In this document: positions 43,127 through 53,191 of the stretch, one piece after another
Position numbering within the stretch: the stretch's first letter is position 1
Layout: the number at the start of each line of letters is the position of its first letter
Assembly: GCA_016201015.1 (NCBI GenBank)
Contig: JACQDQ010000194.1
Span: forward strand, 11,149 to 75,148
Source: Pseudomonadota bacterium
GTDB taxonomy: Bacteria; Pseudomonadota; Alphaproteobacteria; CACIAM-22H2
Reading direction: 5' to 3'
Length of the DNA stretch: 64,000 nt
Position numbers and translations under genes: made by a program
Notes under the pieces: model-generated
Databases searched by the model: none
The model's input: only the letters and a program-made list of their open reading frames with translations
Told to the model about the DNA's origin: nothing

Positions 43127-43633
43127 ATGAAGGGTCAATCTGCCATCGATCCGATCGGCGAGATTTTCGCCGTGGCGGCGGCGTTGCGCGCGCCGGGGCA
43201 ACCGCATGGCATCTTCCCGGTGCTCGATGGCGCCCTGGCGCGGGCGATAGGCCACAAGCTCTTTACGGTGCTGCTCTATCACCCGGCGACGCGGGACCGC
43301 GAGCGACTCTATACCAGCAATGCGCAGGCCTATCCGCTCGGCGGGCGCAAGCCGCGTCGACCCGGGCCGTGGGGCGACAAACTGTTCGACCGTGGCGAGG
43401 CGTTCATTGGCCGCGGCGCCGACGATATCCGCACACATTTTCCTGATCATGCGCTGCTCGCCGCGCTCGGCTGCGATTCGATGCTCAACGTGCCGGTGCG
43501 CTATGATGGCCGTACGCTGGGCACACTCAATCTGTCGCATGAGGCCGGCTGGTACGACGAAACCGATGCCAGAATCGGACTCGTCTTTGCCGCGCTGATG
43601 GTACCGGCGCTGCTGGCGCGCTCCGAACCGTAG
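43127..43633 (+). CDS. GAF domain-containing protein
   Basis: 168 aa, single GAF-like fold; divergent from soxB. Confidence 0.55.
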   Translation: MKGQSAIDPIGEIFAVAAALRAPGQPHGIFPVLDGALARAIGHKLFTVLLYHPATRDRERLYTSNAQAYPLGGRKPRRPGPWGDKLFDRGEAFIGRGADDIRTHFPDHALLAALGCDSMLNVPVRYDGRTLGTLNLSHEAGWYDETDARIGLVFAALMVPALLARSEP

Positions 43634-43634
43634 A

Positions 43635-45419
43635 TCACCACCCGACGGCGTAGGAGTTGCGGCGCGGATCGGCGCCGGCGGTCAGCACGCCCGTCGTCTT
43701 GTCGGCGCGAATCATGCACATGGCGCCGGCCTTCCAGATCCAATCCGGCCACCACGCAATGTCATGGCCGAGCGCCGACAGTGCCGCGCCGGTTTCGCGC
43801 GGCAACCGGCCTTCGAGATTGAGGCGGCTAGGGAGGTAGCCGTGCGGCTCGAATGAGTCCGGGAAGCTGTACGTGGCGAAGCGGGGCGCCTCGATCGCGG
43901 CCTGCGGGTCCATGCCGAATACGATCAAATTCAGAAAGGCTTGCAGCATCGCTTGCGACTGCACGTCGCCACCCGGCGTGCCGAACGGCATGACCGTCTT
44001 TCCCTTGGCGATGGCGAGGGCCGGGTTGGGCGTCAGGCGTGGACGCTTGCCGGGCGCAACCGACGAGGCGTGCTTGGGATCGGCCCAGGATTGCGAGCCG
44101 CGCGAGGATGGACACAGTCCCGTGCCGGGAACCACCGGCATATCGTACGAGCTGTCGCTTGGCGTCGCCGAGAAGGCGTTGCCGTGGCGATCGACGACGC
44201 AAACATAAGAGGTGTCGAGCGGCGAGTGCGGCGTGCCGACGGCGGCTGTTGGACGATACGGCGCGGCGCCCGCCACGGTTGTCGCAACCTCGCCGGCCGG
44301 CGGCATTTCGGACCAGGCGCGGTCGCGTCGGACCATCACCCGCCGCGCGGCGGCATACTCGGCCGAGAGGAGCCGGTCTATCGGTACGTCGACGAAGCGC
44401 GGGTCGCCGTAGTAGCGCTCGCGATCCGCAAAGGCAAGTTTCAGCGCCTCGGTGAGGGTGTGGATATATGCGGGCGCGTTGTGGCCGAGGCCTTTGAGAT
44501 CGATGCCATCGAGTATGGACAGTGTCTGCGGCAGCACCGGCCCTTGGCACCACGGTCCGCAGGCGTAAACGTCGACGCCGGCGAAGCGATAACGCACCGG
44601 CGGCTCAATGCCGGAACGGTACTCGGCGAGATCGGCGGCGCTCAGTAAGCCGCCATTTTCTCTGTGGTACTTGATGATCGCCGCCGCGATGTCGCCGCGA
44701 TAGAAGGCCGCGCGAGCGGCTTCAAGGCCCTCCAGGCGACCCTTCGTCGCGGCGGCGCGCTCTTGGTCGGCCATGTAGCGCAACGAGCGCGCGAGATCGC
44801 TTTGTACGAAAATCTCGCCAGGATCGGGCGGGCGGCCGCCGGGAAGATAAACGGCGGCGCTCGACGGCCAGCGGCGATAATCGGCGACATGCGTCTTGAT
44901 GATATCGGACATCAAACGGTGCATCGGGAAGCCGTCGCCGGCGAAGCGGATGGCCGCAGCGGCGACCTCGCCGAAGCTCATCGTGCCATAGCGCGCGAGC
45001 GCTGTGATCCATGCATCCGGCGCCGCCGGCACCACCGTACGCAGAACGCCGGCCGGAATGTGTCCACCGTGCATGCGTTGAAACAGGTCGGGCGTTACGG
45101 CGCGTGGCCAAGTGCCGAGGCCACTGATCGTCACGACCTCATCGCGCGCGGCGAGATAGACGACGATCGGGGCGACGCCGGCGATATTGACCAGGTCGCT
45201 TTGCAGCACGCCCAGCGCAATGCCCGCGGCGACGCCGGCATCGACCGCATTGCCACCCGCCTCGAGGATCGTGAACCCGGCATGGGCCGCGAGGTAGTGG
45301 CCGGCTACGACCATGTGACGGGTGCCCTGCAAGGCCGGTCGGTGTGTTCCGGTCGCGCCTTCGGCCGGCCGGGAATATATGTCGGTGGTCATGCCGCGTT
45401 TCTCCGTGGAATGTGACAT
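43635..45419 (-). CDS. ggt: gamma-glutamyltransferase
   Basis: 594 aa. Autoprocessing/catalytic region TSYVCVVD and the GGDVQ motif. Confidence 0.9.
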   Translation of the reverse strand: MSHSTEKRGMTTDIYSRPAEGATGTHRPALQGTRHMVVAGHYLAAHAGFTILEAGGNAVDAGVAAGIALGVLQSDLVNIAGVAPIVVYLAARDEVVTISGLGTWPRAVTPDLFQRMHGGHIPAGVLRTVVPAAPDAWITALARYGTMSFGEVAAAAIRFAGDGFPMHRLMSDIIKTHVADYRRWPSSAAVYLPGGRPPDPGEIFVQSDLARSLRYMADQERAAATKGRLEGLEAARAAFYRGDIAAAIIKYHRENGGLLSAADLAEYRSGIEPPVRYRFAGVDVYACGPWCQGPVLPQTLSILDGIDLKGLGHNAPAYIHTLTEALKLAFADRERYYGDPRFVDVPIDRLLSAEYAAARRVMVRRDRAWSEMPPAGEVATTVAGAAPYRPTAAVGTPHSPLDTSYVCVVDRHGNAFSATPSDSSYDMPVVPGTGLCPSSRGSQSWADPKHASSVAPGKRPRLTPNPALAIAKGKTVMPFGTPGGDVQSQAMLQAFLNLIVFGMDPQAAIEAPRFATYSFPDSFEPHGYLPSRLNLEGRLPRETGAALSALGHDIAWWPDWIWKAGAMCMIRADKTTGVLTAGADPRRNSYAVGW

Positions 45420-45653
45420 CCGCGTCCGTCAATGCAGGCCGCGCATCAAATCACTTGAAAATTACAATCAAACTGAGCGTAGCACCAGCGGTGCGCTGAC
45501 GGTATCCGCGTCGCGTGAAGCGCAGCCGCCGCTTTTCACGGAAGCTGCGGCCTCGCCCCCGGCGAGAAGAGCAGAACGCGGCGTCGAGGCTGGCAGAGTC
45601 CGGCGCGCCGATCTAGGCTAACGGAAGCCTTACTTAGGATATGGGGAGCAAGA

Positions 45654-46499
45654 GTGATGGCGCGCCATATTGTCTGCCTGACATTCGATTTCGACGCGAT
45701 GTCAGTCTGGATCGCCCGCGGCATGACCTCGCCGACGCCGATCTCCCGCGGCGAGTTCGGCGTCATCGGTGCCGAGCGACTGGTCGCTCTGTTCAAGAAA
45801 TACGGCATTCCGACGACGTGGTTCATTCCCGGACATACGCTCGAGACCTATCCCGATGCCTGCCAGAACGTGGTCGATGCGGGTCACGAGATCGCGCATC
45901 ACGGCTGGACGCACGAGCCGCCCAACACGATGTCCCGCGAAAAGGAGGAAGAGGGACTGGTTCGCGGCAACGAGGCGATCCGCAGGCTCACCGGCCGCGT
46001 CGCGCGTGGCTATCGCTCGCCCTCCTGGGATCTGAGCCCGCATACGATCGAGCTCCTGCTCAAGCACGGCTTCCAATACGACAGCAGCATGATGGGGCAC
46101 GATTATCTGCCCTATCGTGCGCGCCAGGGCGACGTCATCGAGCTGGAGAAGCCGGCCGTGCTCGGCCGCACCACGCGCCTCGTCGAGATGCCGATCAGCT
46201 GGTCGCTCGACGATTATCCCCATTTCGAATTCGTGCGTACGCCGAATTTCGTGTTGCCGGGCCTGACGAACGCCAACGACGTGCTGGAGAACTGGTTCGA
46301 CGACTTCCTCTACATGCAGCAGCACTACGAGTGGGGCGTGATCACTTATACTTGCCACCCATTCGTCATCGGCCGTGGGCACCGCATGATGATGCTCGAG
46401 CGGCTGATCCAAAAGCTGAGCGAGCACGGCGCTGAATTCCAGTGCATGGAGACAGTGGTTCAGGAGTGGGAGCGGCGGATGCCGCAGGCCGCGGAATAG
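45654..46499 (+). CDS. polysaccharide deacetylase (CE4) family protein
   Basis: FDFD...HGWTHE motifs (NodB homology). Confidence 0.8.
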   Translation: MMARHIVCLTFDFDAMSVWIARGMTSPTPISRGEFGVIGAERLVALFKKYGIPTTWFIPGHTLETYPDACQNVVDAGHEIAHHGWTHEPPNTMSREKEEEGLVRGNEAIRRLTGRVARGYRSPSWDLSPHTIELLLKHGFQYDSSMMGHDYLPYRARQGDVIELEKPAVLGRTTRLVEMPISWSLDDYPHFEFVRTPNFVLPGLTNANDVLENWFDDFLYMQQHYEWGVITYTCHPFVIGRGHRMMMLERLIQKLSEHGAEFQCMETVVQEWERRMPQAAE

Positions 46500-46514
46500 C
46501 GACTCGGTCCTGCG

Positions 46515-47351
46515 TCAGTCCGCAGCGGCATTCGCCGCGGGGCGATGCGTGTCGAAATGGCGGCCGAGAAAGCTGCGTAGATCGGCGACGCAGCGGTCGG
46601 CAAGAAAGTCGCAGACGTTGTGCGGAGCATCCTCATAGGACAGGACATCGATCCGAGGTATGCGCTCGCGCATCAGCTCGAAGCTGCGCATTGAGCCGAT
46701 CTTGCCGAGGCCGGGCACGACCAGCAGGGTCGGGCAGCGGATCTGGTGCAGCCGATCGCTCCAGTCCTGCGACGCCATCAACGTGATGAAGCGGACGACA
46801 TACGCTGTGTCGTTCTTCGCCGTCTCGTCCAGGAACCATTCGATCAGCCCAGGATCGACCCCGCCGACGGGGAAGCGGTCGTCGATCGTGTCCGCGAGGA
46901 AGCCGCGCAGCCCCTTGCTTTCGACCTGCGGCAGCCAGGACGCCGCCTGACTATCCTTGAGACCCGGCTGCGAGCCATAAAGCGCGATGCTGCGGGCCCG
47001 CTGCGGCGTGTCCATGGCAATCTGCTGCGCCAGGTAGCCGCCGGCCGAGTTGCCGACTAGATGCGCGCTGGCAAGGCCCATCGTGTCGAGAAACTCGATG
47101 ACATCCTTGACCACGCGCCCGATGGTGAGCGGCAGATTGGGGGGCGGGATCTGCGACTCGCCGTGCCCGCGCAGATCGAGGCGGAACACGCGATAGTGCC
47201 GCGCCAAGCCGGGTACCCAGGAATAGAAGCGTCTGGCGCTGCCCATGGCCGAATGGAGCAGGACGAGTGCATCGGAATTGCGCCACGAATCGGTGAAATC
47301 GTCGGCCAGGTAGTGCAGTTCGACTCCATCGCTGGCCGTGAAGAAAGGCAT
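46515..47351 (-). CDS. alpha/beta-fold hydrolase
   Basis: HGESQ and nucleophile elbow GNSAGG motifs; 278 aa. Confidence 0.8.
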   Translation of the reverse strand: MPFFTASDGVELHYLADDFTDSWRNSDALVLLHSAMGSARRFYSWVPGLARHYRVFRLDLRGHGESQIPPPNLPLTIGRVVKDVIEFLDTMGLASAHLVGNSAGGYLAQQIAMDTPQRARSIALYGSQPGLKDSQAASWLPQVESKGLRGFLADTIDDRFPVGGVDPGLIEWFLDETAKNDTAYVVRFITLMASQDWSDRLHQIRCPTLLVVPGLGKIGSMRSFELMRERIPRIDVLSYEDAPHNVCDFLADRCVADLRSFLGRHFDTHRPAANAAAD

Positions 47352-47699
47352 AGGCCGTCTCGGTATATGTCAATCGGCCGATATTTATAGCCAGGATCGC
47401 GAACGGAGTCCCGCTTGCGGCGGCCGGGCGCACGCCGAACAGCCGATGGGCGGAAGATGGCGACACGGCATGACCACCAATCGCCACGCTTTCGGCAGCG
47501 TGCCGCTCGGTCGCTCGCTCGACACGGCAGGCCAAGTGACAAAATGGTGACGTCGCCCGCAATACTTGAACCCGCAAATTGGACACAAACTGTTGACGGC
47601 GACGATTTAGACTATAGGCTGATGCGAACACCACGGCGAACGACGGTGGGCAGGGGTGTCGGCCCTGCCACAGTTGAGCCACAATGCAACGGGGGATCG
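47352..47699. promoter_or_regulatory. ~350-nt divergent intergenic region, presumed promoter region of the multihaem-cytochrome operon
   Basis: Largest non-coding gap in this area; precedes seven co-directional tightly spaced genes. No specific motif assigned. Confidence 0.3.
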
Positions 47700-48653
47700 A
47701 TGATTTACCGGACATGCGCTGCATATGCGGCGGGCGTCCTGGGACTCGTCCTGGGGCTGAGTCTGAGAATCGACATGGCGGCGGCCGAACCCTTCTACGT
47801 CGGCGCCAAGAAGTGCGAGGAATGCCATCGCCCAGAAAGCGACGTATGGGAGGGCATGAAGCACGCAAAGTCGTTCGGCGAGATCCACCGTAAGCCGGAA
47901 GTTCGCGCGATCATTCAGGCCGCCGGCGGCAACACCAACATGCGGCGCAACGAGGTCTGCATCCAGTGCCACTACACGAATGCCAAGGCCGACGCGGGCG
48001 CCCAACCGCAGGCAGTATCCGGACCATCGTGCGAATCCTGCCACGGACCAGCTTCCGATTGGATCTCGGTCCACAACAATTTCGGCGGGCCGAACGCCAA
48101 GAAGGCCGACGAAACGCCGGCTAACAGGGCCAAGCGCCAGGCGGACGCCTCGAAGGCCGGCATGATCTGGCCGCAGGAGATATACGAGGTCGCGCAAAAC
48201 TGCATGTCCTGTCACGGACTGTCGCGCCCAGGCGTCGATGGCGCAGCGATTGGCAAGATGATCGAGGCGGGGCACCCGGTTAAGGGCGAATTCGAATTCG
48301 TGCTCTATTCGCAGGGCACAGTTCGCCACCGCTTCTATAACTCGACAACGAATTCGGAGATGGCGCCTGCCGAAGCGGCACGCGCCTTCATCGCCGGCCA
48401 TGCGGCGGCGCTGGTCAACGTAACGGCGGCCAAGGGCAAGAGCAGCGATGCCAAATTCACAGCTGCGCAGCAAAAGCTCGAGCAGGCAGCGCGCAAGGCG
48501 CTGGACGCGGTCAAGGGCGCGGCGCCGGAAGCGGCGACCCTGCTCTCCGCGCCCACTGACGACAACGCCCAGAAACTGGTTGCGGCGATCGCCAGCAAGG
48601 ATCTCTCGGCGCAAGTCGGTGGTATGCTGCCGGCGAAGAACACCTATAAGTAG
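47700..48653 (+). CDS. periplasmic tetrahaem c-type cytochrome with an Ala/Lys-rich helical C-terminal tail
   Basis: Four CxxCH motifs (CEECH, CIQCH, CESCH, CMSCH) after a hydrophobic N-terminal leader. Confidence 0.75.
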   Translation: MIYRTCAAYAAGVLGLVLGLSLRIDMAAAEPFYVGAKKCEECHRPESDVWEGMKHAKSFGEIHRKPEVRAIIQAAGGNTNMRRNEVCIQCHYTNAKADAGAQPQAVSGPSCESCHGPASDWISVHNNFGGPNAKKADETPANRAKRQADASKAGMIWPQEIYEVAQNCMSCHGLSRPGVDGAAIGKMIEAGHPVKGEFEFVLYSQGTVRHRFYNSTTNSEMAPAEAARAFIAGHAAALVNVTAAKGKSSDAKFTAAQQKLEQAARKALDAVKGAAPEAATLLSAPTDDNAQKLVAAIASKDLSAQVGGMLPAKNTYK

Positions 48654-48750
48654 GGTGACCGAATCGCCGAAGAGTTTGGATTGAGCGGCGTGTGATCAAT
48701 TTGTTCGGAGGTAGGCCCGCGAGAACAGATGGCGGTGCCGCGGGCAACGG

Positions 48751-50463
48751 GTGCGGCATGGGGAAGGGACGAGGGAACAGGCGATGACCGATGTCGCGAT
48801 GATGGCACGGCCCCAGCGCTGGGACGTGCCGTTCGACCCCGCGATGACCGATGCCGACGTGCGACTCCTGTTGCAGCGGCGAGAGTTCCGCGACATCAAG
48901 CCGGACAACTTTCCGCCGCACATGCCGCTCGAGGGCATCCTCAAGAACGACGCGCGTCTCGTCCACTTTCGGCCGGGCGACATCGTGGTGCGCGAAGGCG
49001 ACTATGGCAACTCCGCCTTCCTCGTCCTCGAGGGCCGTCTGCGCGTGGTGCTGGCGCCGGGGCTGCCGCCCGATCTTCACGGCCGGCAGCACGGCCGCCA
49101 GAAGGGCTTCTTCGAGGCGCTGGCGCAGCTATGGACCAATCGCCGTATCCCGGAGGTGCGGGACATCCGTCGTTACCGCTTCGCCCGCGAGGGACTGCGG
49201 CACGATTACTCGAGCGGCAATGTCCGCGTGTTCATTCAGGACATCCCTGCCGTACTCGACAAGCACCGCACCGCCGGTCTTGAGGATGGCGCGATCTTCG
49301 GCGAGATCGCCGCGCTTGGGCGCGTGCCGCGTACCGCCTCGATCTTCGCCGAGACTGATGCCAGGCTGCTCGAAATTCGCTGGCAGGGCCTTCGGGAACT
49401 TCGCCGCTACGACGAGAATTGGCGACGGCAGATCGACGAACGGTACCGAGCAAACGCACTGCGCACGCATCTTCGGGACACCAAGATCTTCGAGGGCTTG
49501 GACGAGAATGTGCTTGAGGCCATTGCCGAGCGGACCCTGTTCGAAACCTATGGCAGCTTCGACTGGCACCTTTCCTATAAGCAGCTCATGCAGCGCGGCG
49601 AAAATGCGGAAGCGAAGGAGCCGGTTATCGCGCAGCAGGGCGACTATCCCGACGGTGTATTGCTGATTCGCGCAGGCTTCGCGCGGGTCAGCATGAAGCT
49701 GGGTACCGGGAAGCGGACGCTCACCTATCTAGGTGCCGGAGATCACTATGGATTCGACGAACTCTATGCCAATTGGAAATCCGGGGAAACAAAGCCGTTG
49801 CAGACGACGCTGACGGCGGTCGGCTATATCGACATCTTGCGTGTTCCGGCCGAAGTGCTCGAGAAGCATGTCTTTCCCCGCCAGGCGCAACCGCCCAAGG
49901 CGCTCATTTCGCTCGCCGACCGCCCGCTGTCCGACGATGCCTTGATCGACTGGGCCGTCGACAAGCGGTTCATCAACGCCACCAAGGCGATGCTCATCGA
50001 TCTCGATCGCTGCGTGCGCTGCGACGATTGTGTCCGCGCCTGCGCCAGCACCCATGGCGGCAATCCGCGCTTTGTCCGCGCCGGCTCGACGTTCGACCAC
50101 TGGATGGTCACGAACGCCTGCATGCATTGTGCCGACCCGGTCTGCATGATCGGCTGCCCGACCGGCGCCATCCATCGCAGCCTCGAAGGCGGTACGGTCG
50201 TCATCAACGACGACACTTGCATCGGCTGCGGCACCTGTGCCGCGTCGTGCCCCTACGACAACATCCGCATGGTCGAAATCACCGACGTGAGCGGCAAGGA
50301 GCTGGTCGACCCGAAGACGCGGCAGCCCATTCTCAAGGCGACCAAGTGCGATCTGTGCGAGAGCAATCCGGGCGGCCCGGCTTGCGTTCGCGCCTGCCCG
50401 CACGACGCATTGCGGCGTGTCGACTTCCGCGATACCAATCCCTTCCGGTCGCCGAACGCATGA
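48751..50463 (+). CDS. fusion protein: two cNMP-binding (CAP-like) domains plus a four-cluster [4Fe-4S] NrfC/DmsB-type ferredoxin module
   Basis: Beta-roll/FGEIAALG signature appears twice. C-terminus carries CVRCDDCVRAC, CMHCADPVCMIGCP, CIGCGTCAASCP and CDLCESNPGGPACVRACP. No HTH and no Tat signal. Confidence 0.75.
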   Translation: MRHGEGTREQAMTDVAMMARPQRWDVPFDPAMTDADVRLLLQRREFRDIKPDNFPPHMPLEGILKNDARLVHFRPGDIVVREGDYGNSAFLVLEGRLRVVLAPGLPPDLHGRQHGRQKGFFEALAQLWTNRRIPEVRDIRRYRFAREGLRHDYSSGNVRVFIQDIPAVLDKHRTAGLEDGAIFGEIAALGRVPRTASIFAETDARLLEIRWQGLRELRRYDENWRRQIDERYRANALRTHLRDTKIFEGLDENVLEAIAERTLFETYGSFDWHLSYKQLMQRGENAEAKEPVIAQQGDYPDGVLLIRAGFARVSMKLGTGKRTLTYLGAGDHYGFDELYANWKSGETKPLQTTLTAVGYIDILRVPAEVLEKHVFPRQAQPPKALISLADRPLSDDALIDWAVDKRFINATKAMLIDLDRCVRCDDCVRACASTHGGNPRFVRAGSTFDHWMVTNACMHCADPVCMIGCPTGAIHRSLEGGTVVINDDTCIGCGTCAASCPYDNIRMVEITDVSGKELVDPKTRQPILKATKCDLCESNPGGPACVRACPHDALRRVDFRDTNPFRSPNA

Positions 50464-51275
50464 AGGCCCTGGCGCGTGCCCTTGCCGTTCCGGCCGGGAT
50501 CAGCCTCCTCTTCGTTGCGGGGCTGGCCCTGTGGCTGCATCAGCGCTGGCTTCAACTCGGCGACACCGGCCGCATCACCGGCTACATATTGTTCGCCGTG
50601 ATGTTGGGGCTCGGCGTGCTCAATCTGCGCAAGCGCCTGTCAATGGTGCCGTTGGCCCGCGCAGCCGACTGGGTGTCATGGCATGCCGTTGGCGGCGTGC
50701 TGGCCCTCGCGCTATTCTGGCTGCACACCAACACGCTGTGGCCAGCGGGACCGTACGAGCAGTTTCTCGCCTTGCTATTTTATCTGGTGACAATTACCGG
50801 CATCGCCGGATATGCGTTGCAGAAGGTGACTCCGAAGTGGCTGACGCAGACCGGAATCGAGCTCATTTTCGAACGGATTCCGATCGAGATCGTGCGGTTG
50901 CGATTGACCGCTGAGCGTGTCGTCTACGATTGCTGCGAGGCGACGGGGAGCGAGACCCTGGGCCGCTTCTATCTCGAAACGCTCGACTGGTATTTCCGCA
51001 AGCCACGCTTCCTGACCAGCACCCTGGGTGGCGGGCGGCGCGGCCAGCGCTGGGTCCGGCAGCAATGCGACGGTGTCGCGCGCGCACTCCAGGCCAATGA
51101 AATTTCCTATCTCGAGACGCTGCGCCAGCTCGCGGACGCAAAGGCGCTGGCCGACATTCACTATTCCCTGCAAGGGGCAACCAAGCTTTGGCTGCTCGTC
51201 CACGTGCCGCTCGCGGCAGCGGTTCTGGTGGTCGCTCTGTGGCACTTGCTCGTCGTCAGCGTCTACGCCCTATGA
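50460..51275 (+). CDS. polytopic membrane protein (5 predicted TM) with intramembrane His residues, possibly b-type haem binding
   Basis: TM helices with H27, H76, H90, H250, H262; ATGA start-stop overlap with the upstream Fe-S gene. Confidence 0.55.
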   Translation: MKALARALAVPAGISLLFVAGLALWLHQRWLQLGDTGRITGYILFAVMLGLGVLNLRKRLSMVPLARAADWVSWHAVGGVLALALFWLHTNTLWPAGPYEQFLALLFYLVTITGIAGYALQKVTPKWLTQTGIELIFERIPIEIVRLRLTAERVVYDCCEATGSETLGRFYLETLDWYFRKPRFLTSTLGGGRRGQRWVRQQCDGVARALQANEISYLETLRQLADAKALADIHYSLQGATKLWLLVHVPLAAAVLVVALWHLLVVSVYAL

Positions 51276-53191
51276 CCCAGCCCTTCAAGTTCATCCCTGT
51301 CGATACTGGCTACGAGCGGCCGAATTTTCCGTGGCGCTGCGGCGCCGGCGCGCACTGGACGCGTCCGTGCACGCTGGGCCCCTCGATCCACGGCCAATGC
51401 CGCGGTACATCGGAATGCGCTCCGACGCGCAAGGGGGATCGCTGGGAGTGCCGCCGCCCGGCCTCGCTCGGGGGATCATGTCCGGTCGGGCCCGGCACCG
51501 ATGGCAGCTGCTCGCAGATTCATCCCCCCTGCGCGCCGGTGCGCACGATCCGCGGCTGGCGCGGGCACCTCACGGTGCTTGCCATCGTCCTCATGCTCAG
51601 TCTGATTGCAGCACTGCACAGCGAATCCTTTACCCGGGCGAGTGGGGTGAGCTCGATCAATCCTGGTCCGCTCACCAGCCGCCACGCGCAGTTCGTCGGT
51701 GAACAGGGTTGTGCCACCTGCCATGCCGCACATGGCCAGGGGCCAGGCGGCTGGTTGGCAGCGGCATTCGCCCCGCGCGATGCGAGCGGCCGCTGCGTCG
51801 ACTGCCATGCCTTCGGCGGATCGGCTGAAGCGGCCCACAACACGACGTTTGAGAAGCGACAAGACGTGGCGCAGACGTCGTGCATCATGTGCCATACAGA
51901 GCACAAGGGCCAAACGGCCAATCTCGTGCAGATTGCCGATGCCCAGTGTCAGACCTGTCACACCGAGAAATTCGACCACTTCGCCAAGAATCATCCGCAG
52001 TTTGGCCCGCACTATCCGTATCCCGAGCGTGGGGCCATCCAATTCAACCACGTCGCCCATTTCGATAAGCACTTCGCCGACCCGCGGTACAAGCCGAACG
52101 CGCCGACGGGCTGCGTCGGCTGCCATCGCCTCGACGCCGGGGTGAACGTCATGCGCACGACGAAATTCGCCGACATGTGCGCGACATGCCATACCGATCA
52201 GATCACGCGGCGCGAATTCGTCCTGTTCCGCTTGCCTGAATTCAACGAGAGCAAGATTGCCGCCGCAAAGGTCACGGAGGCGTGCGGTCCGTCTCCTGCC
52301 GAGTTGGAGTCGCTCAAGGCGCGGCTGAATGCGCTGACGCGCGGCACGCCGTCGCCGCCGGCGAAGAATGAGCCGTATTCGAGCATCTCTGCCGATCCGC
52401 CCAACGCGGTGCTGGCCTATTTGCTGGGGGTGCCGGCCGACGATCCGGACGCCTACGGCGAGTCGGTCCAATCTCTTGTGCTGGACATGGCCCGTGACGG
52501 TGTTATGCCGTTGGCCGACAAGCTGCCGGCCTCCGCTGCGAGGCCGGCGCTGCTCGCCGGCCTCAACGGCGAATTGGTCCGCCGCGTCGCCTGCGCCTGG
52601 GCGGCCAATCGCGAATACGAGCCGCCGCCGGAAGGCAAGGGAACGACCGGATGGAAGGCGGACGGCCTAACGCTGCGCTTGGTTCCGGCCGGCCATGCCG
52701 ATCCGGTCGTGCGCAGTTGGTTGGATTTTGTTGTCTCCGGACCGCCGGCAAAGAGCAAGGAAGATGCTGCCCGACTCGACGCGATGCGCAAGGAGATGCT
52801 GTCGACCGCGGAAGGGCCCGGAGCGTGCGTCAAATGCCATGCCCTGACGGCGGCTTCGGCCGACAAGTTGCAAATAGATTGGTCGAAGCACTACGCGCGC
52901 AGCGGGCCGCAGACGCGCTTCCTGCATGCCCCGCACGTCAACTTGCTGGGGCCGGATGCGACGTGCACCGTCTGCCATAAATTCGATTCGACCGCCGACT
53001 ACGCGGCCGCCTTCAAGACCCTGGACCCACACCAATACGTCAGCAACTTCAAGGCAATGGTGACAACGACCTGCAGCGGGTGCCACGCCGCGGGCAAAGT
53101 CCGGGCTGATTGCCAAGCCTGCCATATCTATCATCGCGACCACACGTTCAAAAAGCGCATGGTGAACATCGACTCGGCAGCGGCCAACTGA
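51272..53191 (+). CDS. decahaem c-type cytochrome with an N-terminal Cys-rich segment and one TM helix
   Basis: Ten CxxCH motifs. The first ~100 aa hold 8 Cys but no CxxCH, followed by LTVLAIVLMLSLIAAL. ATGA overlap with the upstream gene. Confidence 0.8.
   Translation: MTQPFKFIPVDTGYERPNFPWRCGAGAHWTRPCTLGPSIHGQCRGTSECAPTRKGDRWECRRPASLGGSCPVGPGTDGSCSQIHPPCAPVRTIRGWRGHLTVLAIVLMLSLIAALHSESFTRASGVSSINPGPLTSRHAQFVGEQGCATCHAAHGQGPGGWLAAAFAPRDASGRCVDCHAFGGSAEAAHNTTFEKRQDVAQTSCIMCHTEHKGQTANLVQIADAQCQTCHTEKFDHFAKNHPQFGPHYPYPERGAIQFNHVAHFDKHFADPRYKPNAPTGCVGCHRLDAGVNVMRTTKFADMCATCHTDQITRREFVLFRLPEFNESKIAAAKVTEACGPSPAELESLKARLNALTRGTPSPPAKNEPYSSISADPPNAVLAYLLGVPADDPDAYGESVQSLVLDMARDGVMPLADKLPASAARPALLAGLNGELVRRVACAWAANREYEPPPEGKGTTGWKADGLTLRLVPAGHADPVVRSWLDFVVSGPPAKSKEDAARLDAMRKEMLSTAEGPGACVKCHALTAASADKLQIDWSKHYARSGPQTRFLHAPHVNLLGPDATCTVCHKFDSTADYAAAFKTLDPHQYVSNFKAMVTTTCSGCHAAGKVRADCQACHIYHRDHTFKKRMVNIDSAAAN

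Noticed and set aside
47607-51245. Several minus-strand ORFs (47607..48614, 49729..50403, 50775..51245) inside the cytochrome operon
   Set aside because: All are antisense to genes with clear CxxCH or Fe-S motifs and have no motifs of their own.
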